From Stegostoma tigrinum (taxonomy: Eukaryota), in contig NC_081369.1 of the NCBI RefSeq assembly GCF_030684315.1, positions 2,098,689 through 2,162,688 on the forward strand: a stretch of 64,000 nucleotides of DNA. The letters are read 5' to 3'. A program made the translations under genes and the position numbers. Position 1 is the stretch's first letter. Every line of letters begins with the position of its first letter. The notes under the pieces were generated by a model that did not search any database, had not been told where the DNA came from, and was given only the letters and a program-made list of their open reading frames with translations. This document shows positions 1 through 12,439 of the stretch, one piece after another.

Positions 1-128
1 TAGTCATTAGTTATAGCAGGATGTTTTGATAATCTGTGAATTTAGAAACTGGAACAGAGCCCTCAGTTCATGTCGGTGTTTATCTTCCACATTGACCTTT
101 ATCCTGACCAGCCATCTTGCTCCTCTGT

Positions 129-320
129 TAACGAAGTGTGAAGCTGGATGAACACAGCAGGCCAAGCAGCATCTCAGGAGCACAAAAGCTGACGTTGAAG
201 GGTCTAGGCCCGAAACGTCGTCAGCTTTTGTGCTCCTGAGATGCTGCTTGGCCTGCTGTGTTCATCCAGCTCCACACTTTGTTATCTTGGATGCTCCAGC
301 ATCTGCAGTCCCCAATATCA
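129..320. mobile_element. Short palindromic PLE-terminus derivative
   Basis: Inverted arms match the 55014/57797 PLE ends. TSD ttgctcct(c/a)tgtta at 117-130 and 321-334. Confidence 0.85.
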
Positions 321-397
321 TTGCTCCTATGTTATCTCATTTAACCCTCTTTCACTCAGCCAGCTAACAAATCCACCAATAAATGGTCTTCACCATG

Positions 398-740
398 ATC
401 AGTGACTCAGTGGTCAGCGCGTATGCCTCTCAGCCCCAGGAACCTGTGTTCAATTCCAGACTCTGGTGACTGTCTGTGTGGAGTTTGCACTTTCTCTCTG
501 TGTCTCCGTGGGTTTCCTCCGGGAGCTCTGGTTTCCTCCCACAGTCGAAAGATGTGCGGGTTAAGTAGATGGGTTGTGCTAAATTGTCCATAGTGTCCAG
601 GGATGTGTAGGTGAGGTGGATTAGCCATTGGAAATGCAGGGATAAGGTTGTAGGGATAATTCTGCGTGGGATGCTTTTCAAATAGACAGTATGGACTTGT
701 TGAGCCAAATCACCAATTTCTACACTGGGGGGATTCTATT
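398..740 (+). mobile_element. HE1-type tRNA-derived V-SINE
   Basis: tRNA-like head, tgtctgtgtggagtttgcac...ggtttcctcccacagtc core and CR1-like tail. Confidence 0.85.
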
Positions 741-887
741 AAAAAAAACCTAACTCTAACAGTGATCCAAAGTCTCTCAATCCTGCACGTAAAGTAAATT
801 TTCTCCTACTCTTTGCAGGAGATGCTAATTGAATTAGGCCTGTTACCAGAGATCACATCACATCACATGCCCTCCTCCCCTCACACT

Positions 888-991
888 ATTGGTTGTCTGA
901 CATGTCAATCATTAGGGAGTTCCATCTCCCCAGACCAACTGCAAACCAATGGATTCTTCACAACCTGATTGGATGAGGTAGCTGTCAATCA
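888..991. promoter_or_regulatory. Two NF-Y/TALE(PBX-PREP/MEIS)-like composite motifs
   Basis: ATTGG-N10-TGTCAATCA at 888-911 and again at 968-991 with different spacers, plus CCAAT at 946-950. Confidence 0.45.
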
Positions 992-1524
992 TACAGGCCT
1001 CCCACTTCTGTCAACTTTGGAATGAAGAAACAAATGTTGTTTTAATTGTGCAAAGATTAGTTCTTGGGCCACAGCTGTTCACAATACATATTATCCATTT
1101 GGAGGTGGGGGCCAAGTGTAATTTTTCCAAATTTGCAGATGTTACAAAGCTAACTGATAGTGTGTGTTGTGAGAGAGATGTAAAGCTGCATCAGGAGAGT
1201 TTGTAAAGGATTGTTGAGTGAGCAAGAACATGGCAGGTGTAGTATAACGTGCTAAATTTTGAGGCTATCTGTTTTGATAGGAAGAAGAGGTGTGCAGAGT
1301 ATTTTTTTAAATGGCAGGAGATTGGAAAATGTAGAAGTAGGAAGGGGTCTAAGTATCATTTTCATTAAGTCACCAAAAGTTAACATTCAGGTCGAGCAAG
1401 AAATGACTAATTGGAATGAATGTGGTGGCCATGTTAGAACTGTTTTAATCAAAACTCAACCTACATTTGGTCTGTATGCTTGTCCTCACAAAAAAAACAA
1501 AAGTTAATTTAGTCTGCTTTTTTT

Positions 1525-2567
1525 CATTTTACCACAACTTATCCCAGAGTCTACTAGTCATTTCCAACTCATACTTCAAAACCAACAAAAGAATAATAAC
1601 AAAAGTAATGAAAAATCAACAAGGGTGCTAACAATACTGAAAGAATAGTAAGGGTAGATGCAAGTAAGTTGTTTCCCCTGGTTAGAGTGTCTTGAAAAGT
1701 ACAGAAAAATTTAAAAATACAGGGAGATACCATTTAAGAATGAAGTAAGGAGAAATATTTTTATTCAGTGTGCTGTGGAAGCTCAGTTGTTGAAAATGTT
1801 TACAGTTTGTCAGACATTTGATTAACAATGCCATAAAGGATAATGGAGATTGTGTGGGCACAAGGTATTGAAATATTTGAATAGCCATGATTGGATAAAA
1901 TGATGGGCCTGGCTTGATGAGCTGAATGGCCTACTCCTGTTCCTATATTTCGACACTGGTATTTCTTTTAGCCTGTTTCCAGTTGTGTCCTGAAGATCAA
2001 CCTTTAGTTCCTGGGAACTTCTTTGTTCCAGTGAGTTCGTAGTATCTGGAAGTCTCAGTCTCATGTATGCCTAGCTTTAATATCCTCCTGTTTTCTAATG
2101 AAAACAGTTTCAATTTCAGAAGCTCATCCAGCTCTACACCTTGTTATCTCAATTATTTTGTTGTCTGGGGATAGTTAAGTTCAGGTTTGCAAATTGGAAG
2201 AGACAGTAAGAACTACAGATGCTAGAGTCAGAGACAGCACTGTGTGGATTTGGAGGAACACAGAAGGCCAGGCAGCATCAGAGGAGCAGGGAAGTTGATG
2301 TTTTGGGTCGTGATCCTTCTTCAGAAATAGTCCTGAGGCGAAATGTCAACTTTTCTGCTCCTTTGATGCTGCCTGGCCTGCTGTGTTCCTCCAGCTTCAC
2401 ACTATGCTGTCTCTTTTAAATTGGTAGAGATGCTTACATGTGACAGATAATTATTTAATGCTTTGATCTACTGCAATATTTGCTTAAAGTGAATGAATTT
2501 TATTAATTCATGCCATTTTACCACAACTTATCCCAGAGTCTACTAGTCATTTCCAAATCATACGTCA
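1525..2567 (+). repeat. 54-bp direct repeat pair (1525-1578 and 2514-2567)
   Basis: cattttaccacaacttatcccagagtctactagtcatttccaa(c/a)tcatac(t/g)tca, 52/54 identical. Confidence 0.9.
2204..2417. mobile_element. Short palindromic PLE-terminus derivative
   Basis: Inverted arms. TSD aaattgg(a/t)agaga at 2191-2203 and 2418-2430. Confidence 0.75.
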
Positions 2568-2689
2568 TTAATTTATATTGTTATTCTTTTCACAAGGTGT
2601 TTGAACAAATACTCGGTTCTCATCCATCATACCCTGCCCCTTAGCCTTGACTGACTGCTGTGGGCCTCAGTCACAGACAATGTGAGCAA

Positions 2690-4770
2690 GGTTAAAGGTT
2701 TAGAGGGAGCAGAATTCTTAAAATGCATCCAAGACAGCCTTTTATGCTAGTACATAGAAGGCCCTACAAGAGCAAACACAGCCCTGGACTTAATTTTGGG
2801 TGACAAATATGGGCAACAGGTTAAATTAAGTTGGTGAGCATATTGCAGACAGCAATCATAACTCCTTGAGATAAACATTGTTATGGAAAACAACAAGGAT
2901 GCATGTGAAAACAAAGTTCTAAAATGGTGGCAGGCTGATTTTAATAAGATCAGAAATTGCTTGGCCAGGCTGGACTGGGAGCTGTTGCTTGTTGATAAAT
3001 CAGTCTCAGAACAGTGGGGCGTATTCAGGAAGGAAACATGGAGAGGACAGAACTAACATCTTCCAATGAAGAAAAGGGTTGGGACCATCAAATCCTCGAT
3101 ATCCAAGGATTCACAGGAATATACAGTATTGGATTAAGACAGAAAGGGAGGCTTATGCCAGGTATCATGGACTCAAAACGGTAGAAGTCATAGTGGAGTA
3201 CAGAATGTGCAAAAGAGAACTTCAAAAGAGATTAGGACAGCTAAAAGTACATTAAATTATATTAACAAGTAAAGTAAAGGAAAATCCAAAGTTTTTGTTT
3301 TCCCTCAGCTATTTGAAGAGTGAAAGGATAGTGGGGGAAACATTAGGGACCACAAAGGGCCACAACAGTGATTTATGTGTGGAGGATGCAGGTGGGGATC
3401 AACATGAATGCCTTGTGTCAGTGCTTATGAATGAGGAAAAATATACATATAGCGATCAGAGAAAAGATCTGTGATACAATTAAACAAACTTGCATAGACA
3501 TGGGGTTCTGACTGGTCTGGCAGTCATAACAGTCAATAAATGGCCAGGGCTGGATGAATGGCAAAAACTTTCAGTTCCTCTCTGACCACAATCAAGGTGC
3601 CGGAGGATTGGAGGATAGCCCATTATTCAAGAAGGGAGCAAGGAATCAGACTAAAAGTTACAGGCCTGTTGACCTAACCTTGTTGGTGGAAAACTGTTAA
3701 AAGCAACTCAGACGTACAGAAATAACCTGCATTTGGAGAGGCAGGGATTAGTCAAGAACGGTCAGCGTGGTTTTGCCAATGGGAGATCATGTCTGAACAA
3801 CTTGATTGAATTTTTTTTGTAGAGCTGACCAGGTGTGTAAGTGAGGGCAAAGCTATTGTAGTCCACTAGGATTTTAGCAATGATTTAAATAAAGTCCCAT
3901 AAGAGATAGTAATAGCAAAGAATAGGATCCAAGATGTTTTGTCAGGCCGGATCCACAATTGCCTGAACGGCTGGAAGCAGAGTGTGAGGGTTGTAGGGAC
4001 TTTTTTCTGATTGGAAGTTTGTGCCCAGTGGGACTATATGGGAATCAGTGCAATCCTGTTTATAATTTACAAAAACAATTTACACTTGAATTTTAGGAAG
4101 GTTGATCAGTAAGTTTGCAGATTGGTGGGGTGGCAAATGGTGAGGAGGATACCTTAGAAATAGGAAGATTAAAAGAAAAGACTGGACTTATAGAGTAATC
4201 AGTAACAAATAGAATTCAATCTGGATAAATGTGAGCTCATGCCTTTAGATAGGACACACAAAGCAAAGGAATACATGATGGACAGTAGAACCTTGTTAGG
4301 TACTGAGGATCAGAAAGACATTGGTGTGCATGTCCACTGGTCCCGTCAGGTATCGGACAGATGGATGAAGTGGTTAAGAAAGCAAATGGGATACTTGTCT
4401 TTATTAGCAAAGGCATGAAGCTTAAGAGCAGGGAGATGACACTGAAACTCTATAACTGGGTAGCCCACAGCTAGAGTAAAATGTGCAGTTCTACACATTC
4501 ACAATATAGAAGGGATATGACAGCACAGGAGAAGATGCAAATTTACATGACATTGCCTAGGCTGGAGGATTTCAGTTATAAAGAGAGATTGGACAGTCTG
4601 GGCTTGTTTTCTGTAGAGCATAGGAGATTGAGAGGGGACGTAATTGAGATGTATAAAATTATGAGGAACATACACAGTAAACAGGAAGAAACTTTTCCCC
4701 TTGATGAAGGGTTCAATAACCAGGGAGCCATAAATTTGAGATGAAGAGCAGAAGGTTTTGAGGATAGATG
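2690..4770 (+). mobile_element. Old CR1/HER1-type LINE ORF2 remnant
   Basis: Degenerate endonuclease-to-RT-to-C-terminal motifs (RSCLNNLIEF; LGLFSVEHRRLRGD). Confidence 0.8.
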
Positions 4771-4927
4771 GATGGATAAATGAATGAATTAACTTTATTA
4801 TCACTTGTACTCAAATGAGTTTCTAAGTCACCACTTCCAGTACCATTTTAGGTATAAAGGTACGTAGGTACAACCCCTAGTTACTGAGAGAGAAATGAAG
4901 AAGAAAGAAAGTAACATTACAGCATTA

Positions 4928-5098
4928 GAGATAACAAGGTGTAGAGCTGGATGAACCCAGGAAGTATCAGAGGAGCGGGAATGCCGATTTTTCGGGCCTA
5001 GACCCTTCTTCAGAAAGGTCTAGGCTGAAACGTCAGCTTTCCTGCTCCTCTGATGGTGCTTGCTCTGCTGTGTTCATCCAGCTCTACACTTTGTTATC
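4928..5098. mobile_element. Short palindromic PLE-terminus derivative
   Basis: gataacaaggtgtagagctggatgaa...catccagctctacactttgttatc arms around a hammerhead-like centre. Confidence 0.8.
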
Positions 5099-5319
5099 AC
5101 AAAATAATGCAAGTTGGGAGACTGCACCCATACACAGGGAGATCAAGAAGGATCTACTGTTACTGTGTAAGAGGTAAAAATCACAGGACCAGACTCCCAA
5201 TTTCAACTCCCCTTTTACTGACTTCCATCACCATCAATGTCTACTCACCATATTGATTCCTCACCCTTCTTTCTGAACCCCCTCATCAACCCTTTCACTC
5301 ACACTCATTTGGTAAATAT

Positions 5320-5825
5320 AAGAACATAAGAAATAGGAGCAGGAGTAGGCCATCTGGCCTCTCAAACCTGCTCCACCATTCAATAAGATAATGGCTAATC
5401 TTTGTGGGGACTCAGCTCCACTTAATCACTTGCTCACCATAACCCTTAATTCCTTTACTGTTCAAAAATCTACAACAATTCAACAAGGTAATCTCAACTG
5501 CTTCACTAGGGAGGGAATTCCACAGATTAACAATCCTTTAAGTGAAGAAGTTCCTCCTCAACTCAGTCCTAAATCTATTTCACCTTATTTTGAAGCTATG
5601 CCCCCTAGTTCTAGTCTCACTCACCAGTGGAAAAAGCTCCCTGCTTCTATTTTATCTATTCCTTTGTAATTTTGTATGTTCCTATAAGATACCCCACATT
5701 CTTTCAAATTTAAGTGAGTATAATACCATTCTGCTCAATCTCTCCTCCTAAACCAGCTTTCTCAATGAACCTCGTGAAACTCTCCGTACACCCTTTAGTG
5801 CAAGCACAATCTTTCTCAAGTAAGG
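5320..5825 (-). mobile_element. CR1-type LINE 3' end
   Basis: Reverse complement of the CR1 C-terminus and 3'UTR (aacataagaaataggagcaggagtaggcc). Confidence 0.75.
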
Positions 5826-6423
5826 AGAGAGTATTCTTCATATTAGCAGTTGTGTAGTACTGTACCTTAATATGATATTGTTTTATTTACTTGTATATAC
5901 TGATATAATACAGAAACACTTACTCAAAAAGTAAAATGATCAATTGTGTCTCATAAATTTTCATTTAACTCAAAACAGATCCAGACATATGATGCAGGAC
6001 ACCACTGAAAGTGGAAAGAACACAACTGGTGATGAGATCCACAAATGATAGTTGGGAAACTAAGTTGGAATTTGGAAAAGTAAATTGGAGCAAGGAGCTG
6101 GGGAACAAGCAGGCCAGTCAGAATACTGAGGGTCTATGGAAAATTGAATATGTAGCAGATTGTGCAATGTGTTTTAACCTGAGCAGTGACAGGCAGGAAG
6201 AAGGAGGAAGAGTAAATGCATATTGCAGTTTAACTGGAATTTAATGACAACTAAAGTTTTACTGACAGAAATTGTCATCAAGTTAGCATTGACAAAATAC
6301 GATCAGAATATTTGAAAGAGGGAGAGTTGAGTTAAAGGATATTTTTTAATAGAGTTGAAGAAGATTAACCAGCTCAGAAACAGGCTAACCAGCAGATGAA
6401 ACCTGTACTGTTGTTTATGCTGT

Positions 6424-6653
6424 ATCAGAGATAATGGGAACTGCAGATGCTGGAGAATCCAAGATAACAAAGTGTGGAGCTGGATGAACACAGCAGGCCA
6501 AGCAGCATCTCAGGAGCACAAAAGCTGATGTTTCGGGCCTAGATCCCTCATTGGAGAGCTCTCTGATGAAGGGCCTAAGCCCGAAACATTAGCTTTTGTG
6601 CTCCTGAGATGCTGCTTGACCCGCTGTGTTCATCCAGCTCCACACTTTATTAT
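6424..6653. mobile_element. Short palindromic PLE-terminus derivative with hammerhead core
   Basis: CTGATGAAGGGCCTAAGCCCGAAAC at 6563-6587. Perfect 16-bp TSD ctgttgtttatgctgt at 6408-6423 and 6654-6669. Confidence 0.88.
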
Positions 6654-7231
6654 CTGTTGTTTATGCTGTTATTGCTTTACTTCACTTCACTAGATCCTTC
6701 TATGCTTTTTTTCTTTCATTTATCAAGCCAGCTTCCCTTTTGAAGGCTATTATGTTTCAGGATCCAATGAGCCACATTCTTGGGTGAAGTCTTCCACCGA
6801 CTGCACTCGGTAACTTCAGGGTGAAAGGGTTTTTAGTTGTTTATTCATTGAGGTGTTTTTGCAAACAGTCACCAACTGAGAATGGAAAGTTTTTAATTAG
6901 ACATGACTGGTGTTATCAATAAAACAGATCTAACTGCAATTAGTACAGCTACAAATAAATAACCAATTTCCATTGAATCCGCAAGGCTGTGGTTGCTCAG
7001 GCAGAGCTTAGCATTCTGTCGCAGCTACTTTGTAAAAATGTTCTGTGCAGGTTAGCTGGGGCACAGTGTGGTATATCTTTGCAAGAATCTTGTCAATCAC
7101 AAGTGCAATATGTGTCCAGTTCAATGGAAACTTTTGTGGTTTGCATCTTGTACTTATGACACAAATTATGCCCCAGCTATTTGCAAATGATTTTCAAGTG
7201 ACCAAAGAAATGCGGCCAGGTTTGCAGATGA

Positions 7232-7880
7232 TTCATAGAGTCATACAGCATGAAACAGACGTGTTAGTCCAACTCGTTCATGCTGACCGATTTTCCCAAA
7301 CTAAACTAGTCTGACTTGTCTGTTTTTGGCCCATATCCCTATAAACCTTCCCTATTTACATACCTATCCAAATGTATTTTAATGTCGCAACTGTAGCTGT
7401 ATCTATCACTTCCTCTGGCAGATCATTCCACATGTGAACCACCTGGGAAAAGTTACCCCTCATATCCCTTTTAAATCTTTCTCCTCTTACCTCAAAAATA
7501 TGCCGTCTAGTTTTGAACTCACCCAACCTAGGGAAAAGACCTTTGTCAACCACTTTATTTAAGTCCCGCATGGTTTTATAAGCCTTTATAAGGTCTCCCC
7601 TCAACCACTGACATTCCAATGGAAAAGTCCTAGCCTATCCAGCCTATGCTTTTCACTAAACTCTTCAGTCCCAGCAACATCATGGTAAATCTTTTCTGAG
7701 CCCTCTCTAATTTAATAACATTCTTCCTAAGGCAGGTTACCAGCCCTGTACACATTACTCCAAAAGTGGCCTCACCAACATTCTGTACAGTCTCATCATG
7801 ACATCCCAACTACTATACTCAGTGGTCTGAGCAATGAAGTCACGTGTGCTAAATATCTTCTTGACCACCCTGTCTACTTG
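7232..7880 (-). mobile_element. CR1-type LINE 3' end
   Basis: ORF 7356-7619: LRGDLIKAYK...HMWNDLPEEV. Confidence 0.8.
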
Positions 7881-9084
7881 TGGAGAATATCAGATATGAC
7901 TAACTCACAGAGAGTCTGCAGACACCTTAACTGAGTGGGCAAGAAGGTAGCAGATGACATGTATGATGGGGAATTGAGAGGTTATTTATGAACTGAGAAA
8001 CACTTTATACTTTTAAAGAGTGAACTGTAAAATGTTTACACTTAGAGTGATTTTGGTGACCTTGTATGGAAATTACAGAGTTAAAATGCTAATACAGCGT
8101 GTAGAAATGAAAAAGCGTGATAAAGGAGTTGGAGTAAATGAGAAAGTGTCACTTTTGATGTGTTGTGACCTGTAGCTAAGGAAGTATTTACTTACCTTAT
8201 AGAAAGTACAAAAAGGATATCATTAGATTGATTCCTGGCACGATAGAACTGACTTCATTTGAGAGGCTGAGGGGAGTAGGCTTAAGCTGTCTGTCATTTA
8301 GAAGAATAAAATGTGATTTGCTTTGTGTGGTTTTATGCCAACATCCATCATTTATGTTCATGGCAGTCGGATTGTGGAGAAAACAAAGCTAAAAACAACA
8401 CACCGCACGTTCCGCATCCGAGAATCAGTGATCTCCTATCTGATTAATGGGTTTCTTCTGTCTGAATGTCTGATAAAGAACTCCCTGATTAAACTCAATG
8501 TGTAATTTTATCTCCAAAAGTTATAAATCTCCTCAAGCCTGAATTCAATGTAAACATTGCGAGACCTCTCAGAACACCTTGAGCTACGCTGATGGGTTAT
8601 GTGTGGCATTAGGTTTTTTTTAAACAGCAAATGGTTAGTTAAACACACAGTCCATGGTATCCACATGTAAGACCTTAAAACATAGGAGCAGAAATAGGCC
8701 ATCAGATCTGTTTTGCCACTCAATGAAATCATGGCTGATTTGATAATCCCCAACCTCATTTCCTGCCTTATCCCCATCACCCTTGATTCCCAAACGCACC
8801 TGAAGATGGATTTGTCATGGAAACTGTCTGTGTCTGGATGTCTGCCAGCAGCAATTTTGTCTGTGCAAATGCTTCCTGGCAAAGAAGGCTACACTGTTTG
8901 GACATGCATCAGCAGCTATTTTAGTGTTCAGACTAATTATTCTGATTTGATAAACTGTACTATCTACTGGCAGTTGGTGCTGTAAACATGTTTCTCTACT
9001 TGTATTTTTTTTCTTTTTCTTAACTGCAGCCACATTGTGCTCTTTATATCCAGTGAAAAAGCTGCTTGACGACATTATTGTTTC

Positions 9085-9560
9085 CAGAGGACTGGAAAAT
9101 TGCTCATGTGACACCCCTGTTTAAAAAGGGAACATTTGAATACTCTGGGACTATACTCATTGGAGTTTAGGAGGATGAGGGGGAATCTAATTGAAGCTTT
9201 CAGAATACTGAATGGCCCGAACAAAATGGATGTTGGGAAGATGCTACCATTGTTAGATGAGTCTAGTTCTATAGGCCACAGTCATACAGTAAAGGGAAGA
9301 ACTTTTAGAATGGAGATAAGGAGAAATTTCTTCTGCCAGAGAGTGGTGAATCTGTGGAATTCACTGCCACAAAAGGCTGTAGAGACCAGGTCATTGAATA
9401 CATTTAAGAGAGATAGGTTCTTGATTATCAAGGGAATCAAGGATTATGGGGAGAAAGCAGGAGAATGGGGTTGAGGAATTGATCAGCCATGATTGAACAG
9501 TGGAGCAGAGTCAATGGGCTGAATAGCCTAATTTATGCCCCTAAGCCTTATGGTCTTGAG
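9085..9560 (+). mobile_element. CR1-type LINE 3' end
   Basis: LGLYSLEFRRMRGNLIE...RVVNLWNSLP. Confidence 0.85.
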
Positions 9561-9588
9561 GTTAGGTGGCTCGCAGAGGTGGTTTGTT

Positions 9589-9632
9589 CTGCAGATGTTT
9601 CGTTACCATGCTTGGTAACATCATCAGTACAG
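9589..9632 (-). ncRNA. Minimal hammerhead ribozyme, inverted copy
   Basis: Minus strand CUGUA-CUGAUGA-U-GUUACC-aagcau-GGUAAC-GAAAC-AUC-UGCAG. Stem III is altered by CpG-type decay. Confidence 0.65.
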
Positions 9633-10090
9633 CCTTTGATGAAGCGTTGGTGTTTTTTCCCACCTGGTTTTTAAGCTCTGAGGTTCCACTCCCCTCCATG
9701 GACAGAACCAATGCCATCAACAAGATCCCCTGCAGACACTGTGAGAAACATTACATCAGTCAACCAGGAAGGAAATTAACAACAAGAATACATGAACACC
9801 AAGTGGCTACAAAAAGACATGACCAATACTCACTCATCTCAATCCACATGGACAAGGAGAACCATGGCTTCGACTGGGACAACACCAAGATCCTGGGACA
9901 TGATAGGCAGAGACAAGCACGAGAATTCCTGGAAGCATGGTACTCCATGAAGCATGCTATTAATAACCATATTGAACTTGACCCCTTTTACATTCCATTG
10001 CGGAGGAAACCCGGAAGTGAGGCAATCCATCGCAACGGACCCCAGAGTTTAAAAACCAGACGGGAAAACACACCGACACCTCATCAGAGG

Positions 10091-10134
10091 CTGCACTGAG
10101 GATGTTACCAAGCATGGTAACGAAACGTCTGCGG
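10091..10134 (+). ncRNA. Minimal hammerhead ribozyme in PLE terminal repeat
   Basis: Stem I CUGCA/UGCGG, core CUGAGGA (10096-10102), stem II GUUACC-aagcau-GGUAAC, then GAAAC-GUC. Predicted cleavage after C10129. Confidence 0.8.
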
Positions 10135-12439
10135 AACAACCAGCCAGCTCAGCGAGCCAACCAACCTCAACAACCACAACCTGAGTTACAGATCTACTCC
10201 AAAACCTTGTGGTTTTATGGTACTGTTGCTGTAGGCTCTTACAGCCATGCAGAACATATTCATTTTGAAACATACAAGTGTCATGGACAGCTTTTTGACA
10301 TTTCTTCAGAACTGCCTATGATCAATATGTTACGTGGATGTGTGCATTTTCTTTTCTCTTGGAGTGAGGGAGTCAATTTTTTTAAAACCCAGCATGAAGC
10401 TTTTTGTATGTAACAGGAAAGCTTAGCTTATTTTCATGCTCTTGTCTGGTAAGTCACTCATGCATGTGCACGCAAAGATTTGTTTCAGTATGAACATAGG
10501 CTATGAATATAAAATATGGATGCAGCTCCATCTCCACTTAAATGCAGGCCTGTTGTTTCATGGTGAAGTTGTTAAAATGCTGGAAGTGAAGTCTTTGCAA
10601 TTGAAGATATATCTCAGCAACTGTGACATATTCCTCAGTTGATCTGCAGAGTGTGAACAGAATGAGTTCAGGGAGAAATTCTTATGCAGCACTGTTGGTG
10701 TAGGCTTTTCCAGCCTGGGTGATGACAGCAGACTGATAGTAGGACTTGCTGGCCCTTGTCTCCTTGCAGTAATGTTTTGTTTTATTAGAGAATCTGTCAG
10801 TTTGTCACAATTTGGTATGTTTCATAGAGAGGGACAGTGATCCGTTTGTCCGGAGACAGGGTAAAAGATGCTGAATCTTGTACAAAGTAAAAGAGTGTGG
10901 TAATTTTACTTCAGCATTTGCAGTGGTTGACTTTTCACATCTGAAGGTTTTTTGAGAATTGTTTTGAAGGAGCAGACGAACTCCAGCTGGAGTGTCTCCT
11001 CCACCACCATTTTGGATTCTGGGACTGACATCATTAGAAGCGTATCATTGGACAGTGAAGCCTATTTACATATTTAGACATAGATTCCAAGGTGACTTTC
11101 ATATCTGGGGATGTCTTCTGTTGCTTCCCCAAGATGTAAAGGAGTCTTTGAATCGACAATTCCAGTTGACTGCTCTGGGACCAATTTTTAAAGTCAACGG
11201 CTTGTTTTCACAAAGGTAAGCTTTAGAAATAGTTTTTCAAAACCCATATAAAGGTATTACAACAACATTGACGTGACATAAGAGGTTCAATAGTGTCGTG
11301 CTGAGAAACTGTTTACCCCATCTGGAGAGTCTAGAACAAGAGAGGTATCCATTTAGCACTGGGCTGAGGAGCAATTTCTACACTCAAAAAATTATGAACA
11401 TCTGGAGTACTGTGCTGGAAAATCTTGACAGTGCTCAGTTTTTGTACAGTTTAATATTGAATTGAAAGGTTATGAAACCCTGAGGAAATACAGGAATTTC
11501 TGTATTGAATGGGATCTTGGAGTCAATGTCAAAGAATAATCATAATGTAACAGAACAGTGTGACAGGCTCAAGGAGCTCTTAATCTGAATACTTTTTTTC
11601 TGTTATTACAATGGTCAGCAAGTCTGTACTTAATTTATCCAGTTTTTTTCTGGCACTTTGCAGAGCTTCCTGCAGCAAATGGGTGTAATGGTTTGACAGA
11701 GTAAATCTGCTATTTCCGGAATGTTATGTGAGAACACAAAGTATCAAATTAAAGCAGCATGAAGTTTCAAATGCATTCTCTTTTATTAAAAAAGTTTCAA
11801 GCATAATCAGTGCAAATGAGATAATATGGTTGCTGTGATGCTGAATCAATTAAATGGCAAAGTTTTTGCTTAAAACCAGTCTCAGTCACTGAGTTAGTGA
11901 TCTTTGAATATGTATAGTATAGCTGTGGCCATAGTCCCACTGGACCATAAGCTTGTTCTTTCATTAGAGAGAGATGACTGGTGGTTATTTAATCTGAGGG
12001 CTACCAAGCCTCAGGAAAGGGGAGAGGCTGAGAAAAAGAGTGCTTCAAAGTAATTTCAGCGATATAAGAACTGAACCCATGCTGTTCGTATGGAGCTGGA
12101 AGAACACAGCATTTCCGAACAGTGATCCCAACCCGAAACCTCAACTTTCCTGCTCCTCTGATGCTGCCTGGCCTGCTGTGTTTTTCCAGCCTCTCACTGT
12201 TATCTCTGACTTCAGCATTTGCAGTTATTGCATGCTGATGTTATCAGTCTGTATCACAAACCAGCTGAGCTAACAGAACTCCATATTCGAATATCGGGCC
12301 TCAGATGTGATGTGCAGACCGCAAACAAATTGAAAAAAATTGGCTGATTTCTGGACAGAATAACAGGCTTTCAGAGTGAGTTGGAGATTGAAATCGAATT
12401 GAGGAGATTGGGTATTTGATAAAGGCACTACTATGTGGC

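Larger units (their letters stand above)
9561..10205 (+). mobile_element. Penelope-like element (Penelope/Poseidon-type) 3' fragment with inverted terminal repeat
   Basis: ORF 9566-10099 contains a degenerate GIY-YIG endonuclease (NAINKIPCRHCEKHYISQPGRKLTTRIHEH...REFLEAWYS). Approx. 9561-9680 is the reverse complement of approx. 10040-10165. Confidence 0.88.

Noticed and set aside
129-6653. CRISPR array or prokaryotic system
   Set aside because: Repeats are dispersed eukaryotic retroelement termini with no repeat-spacer periodicity or cas genes.
10400-11260. Gypsy gag remnant on the minus strand
   Set aside because: Only a faint LLYILG..EDI resemblance; not supportable without a profile search.
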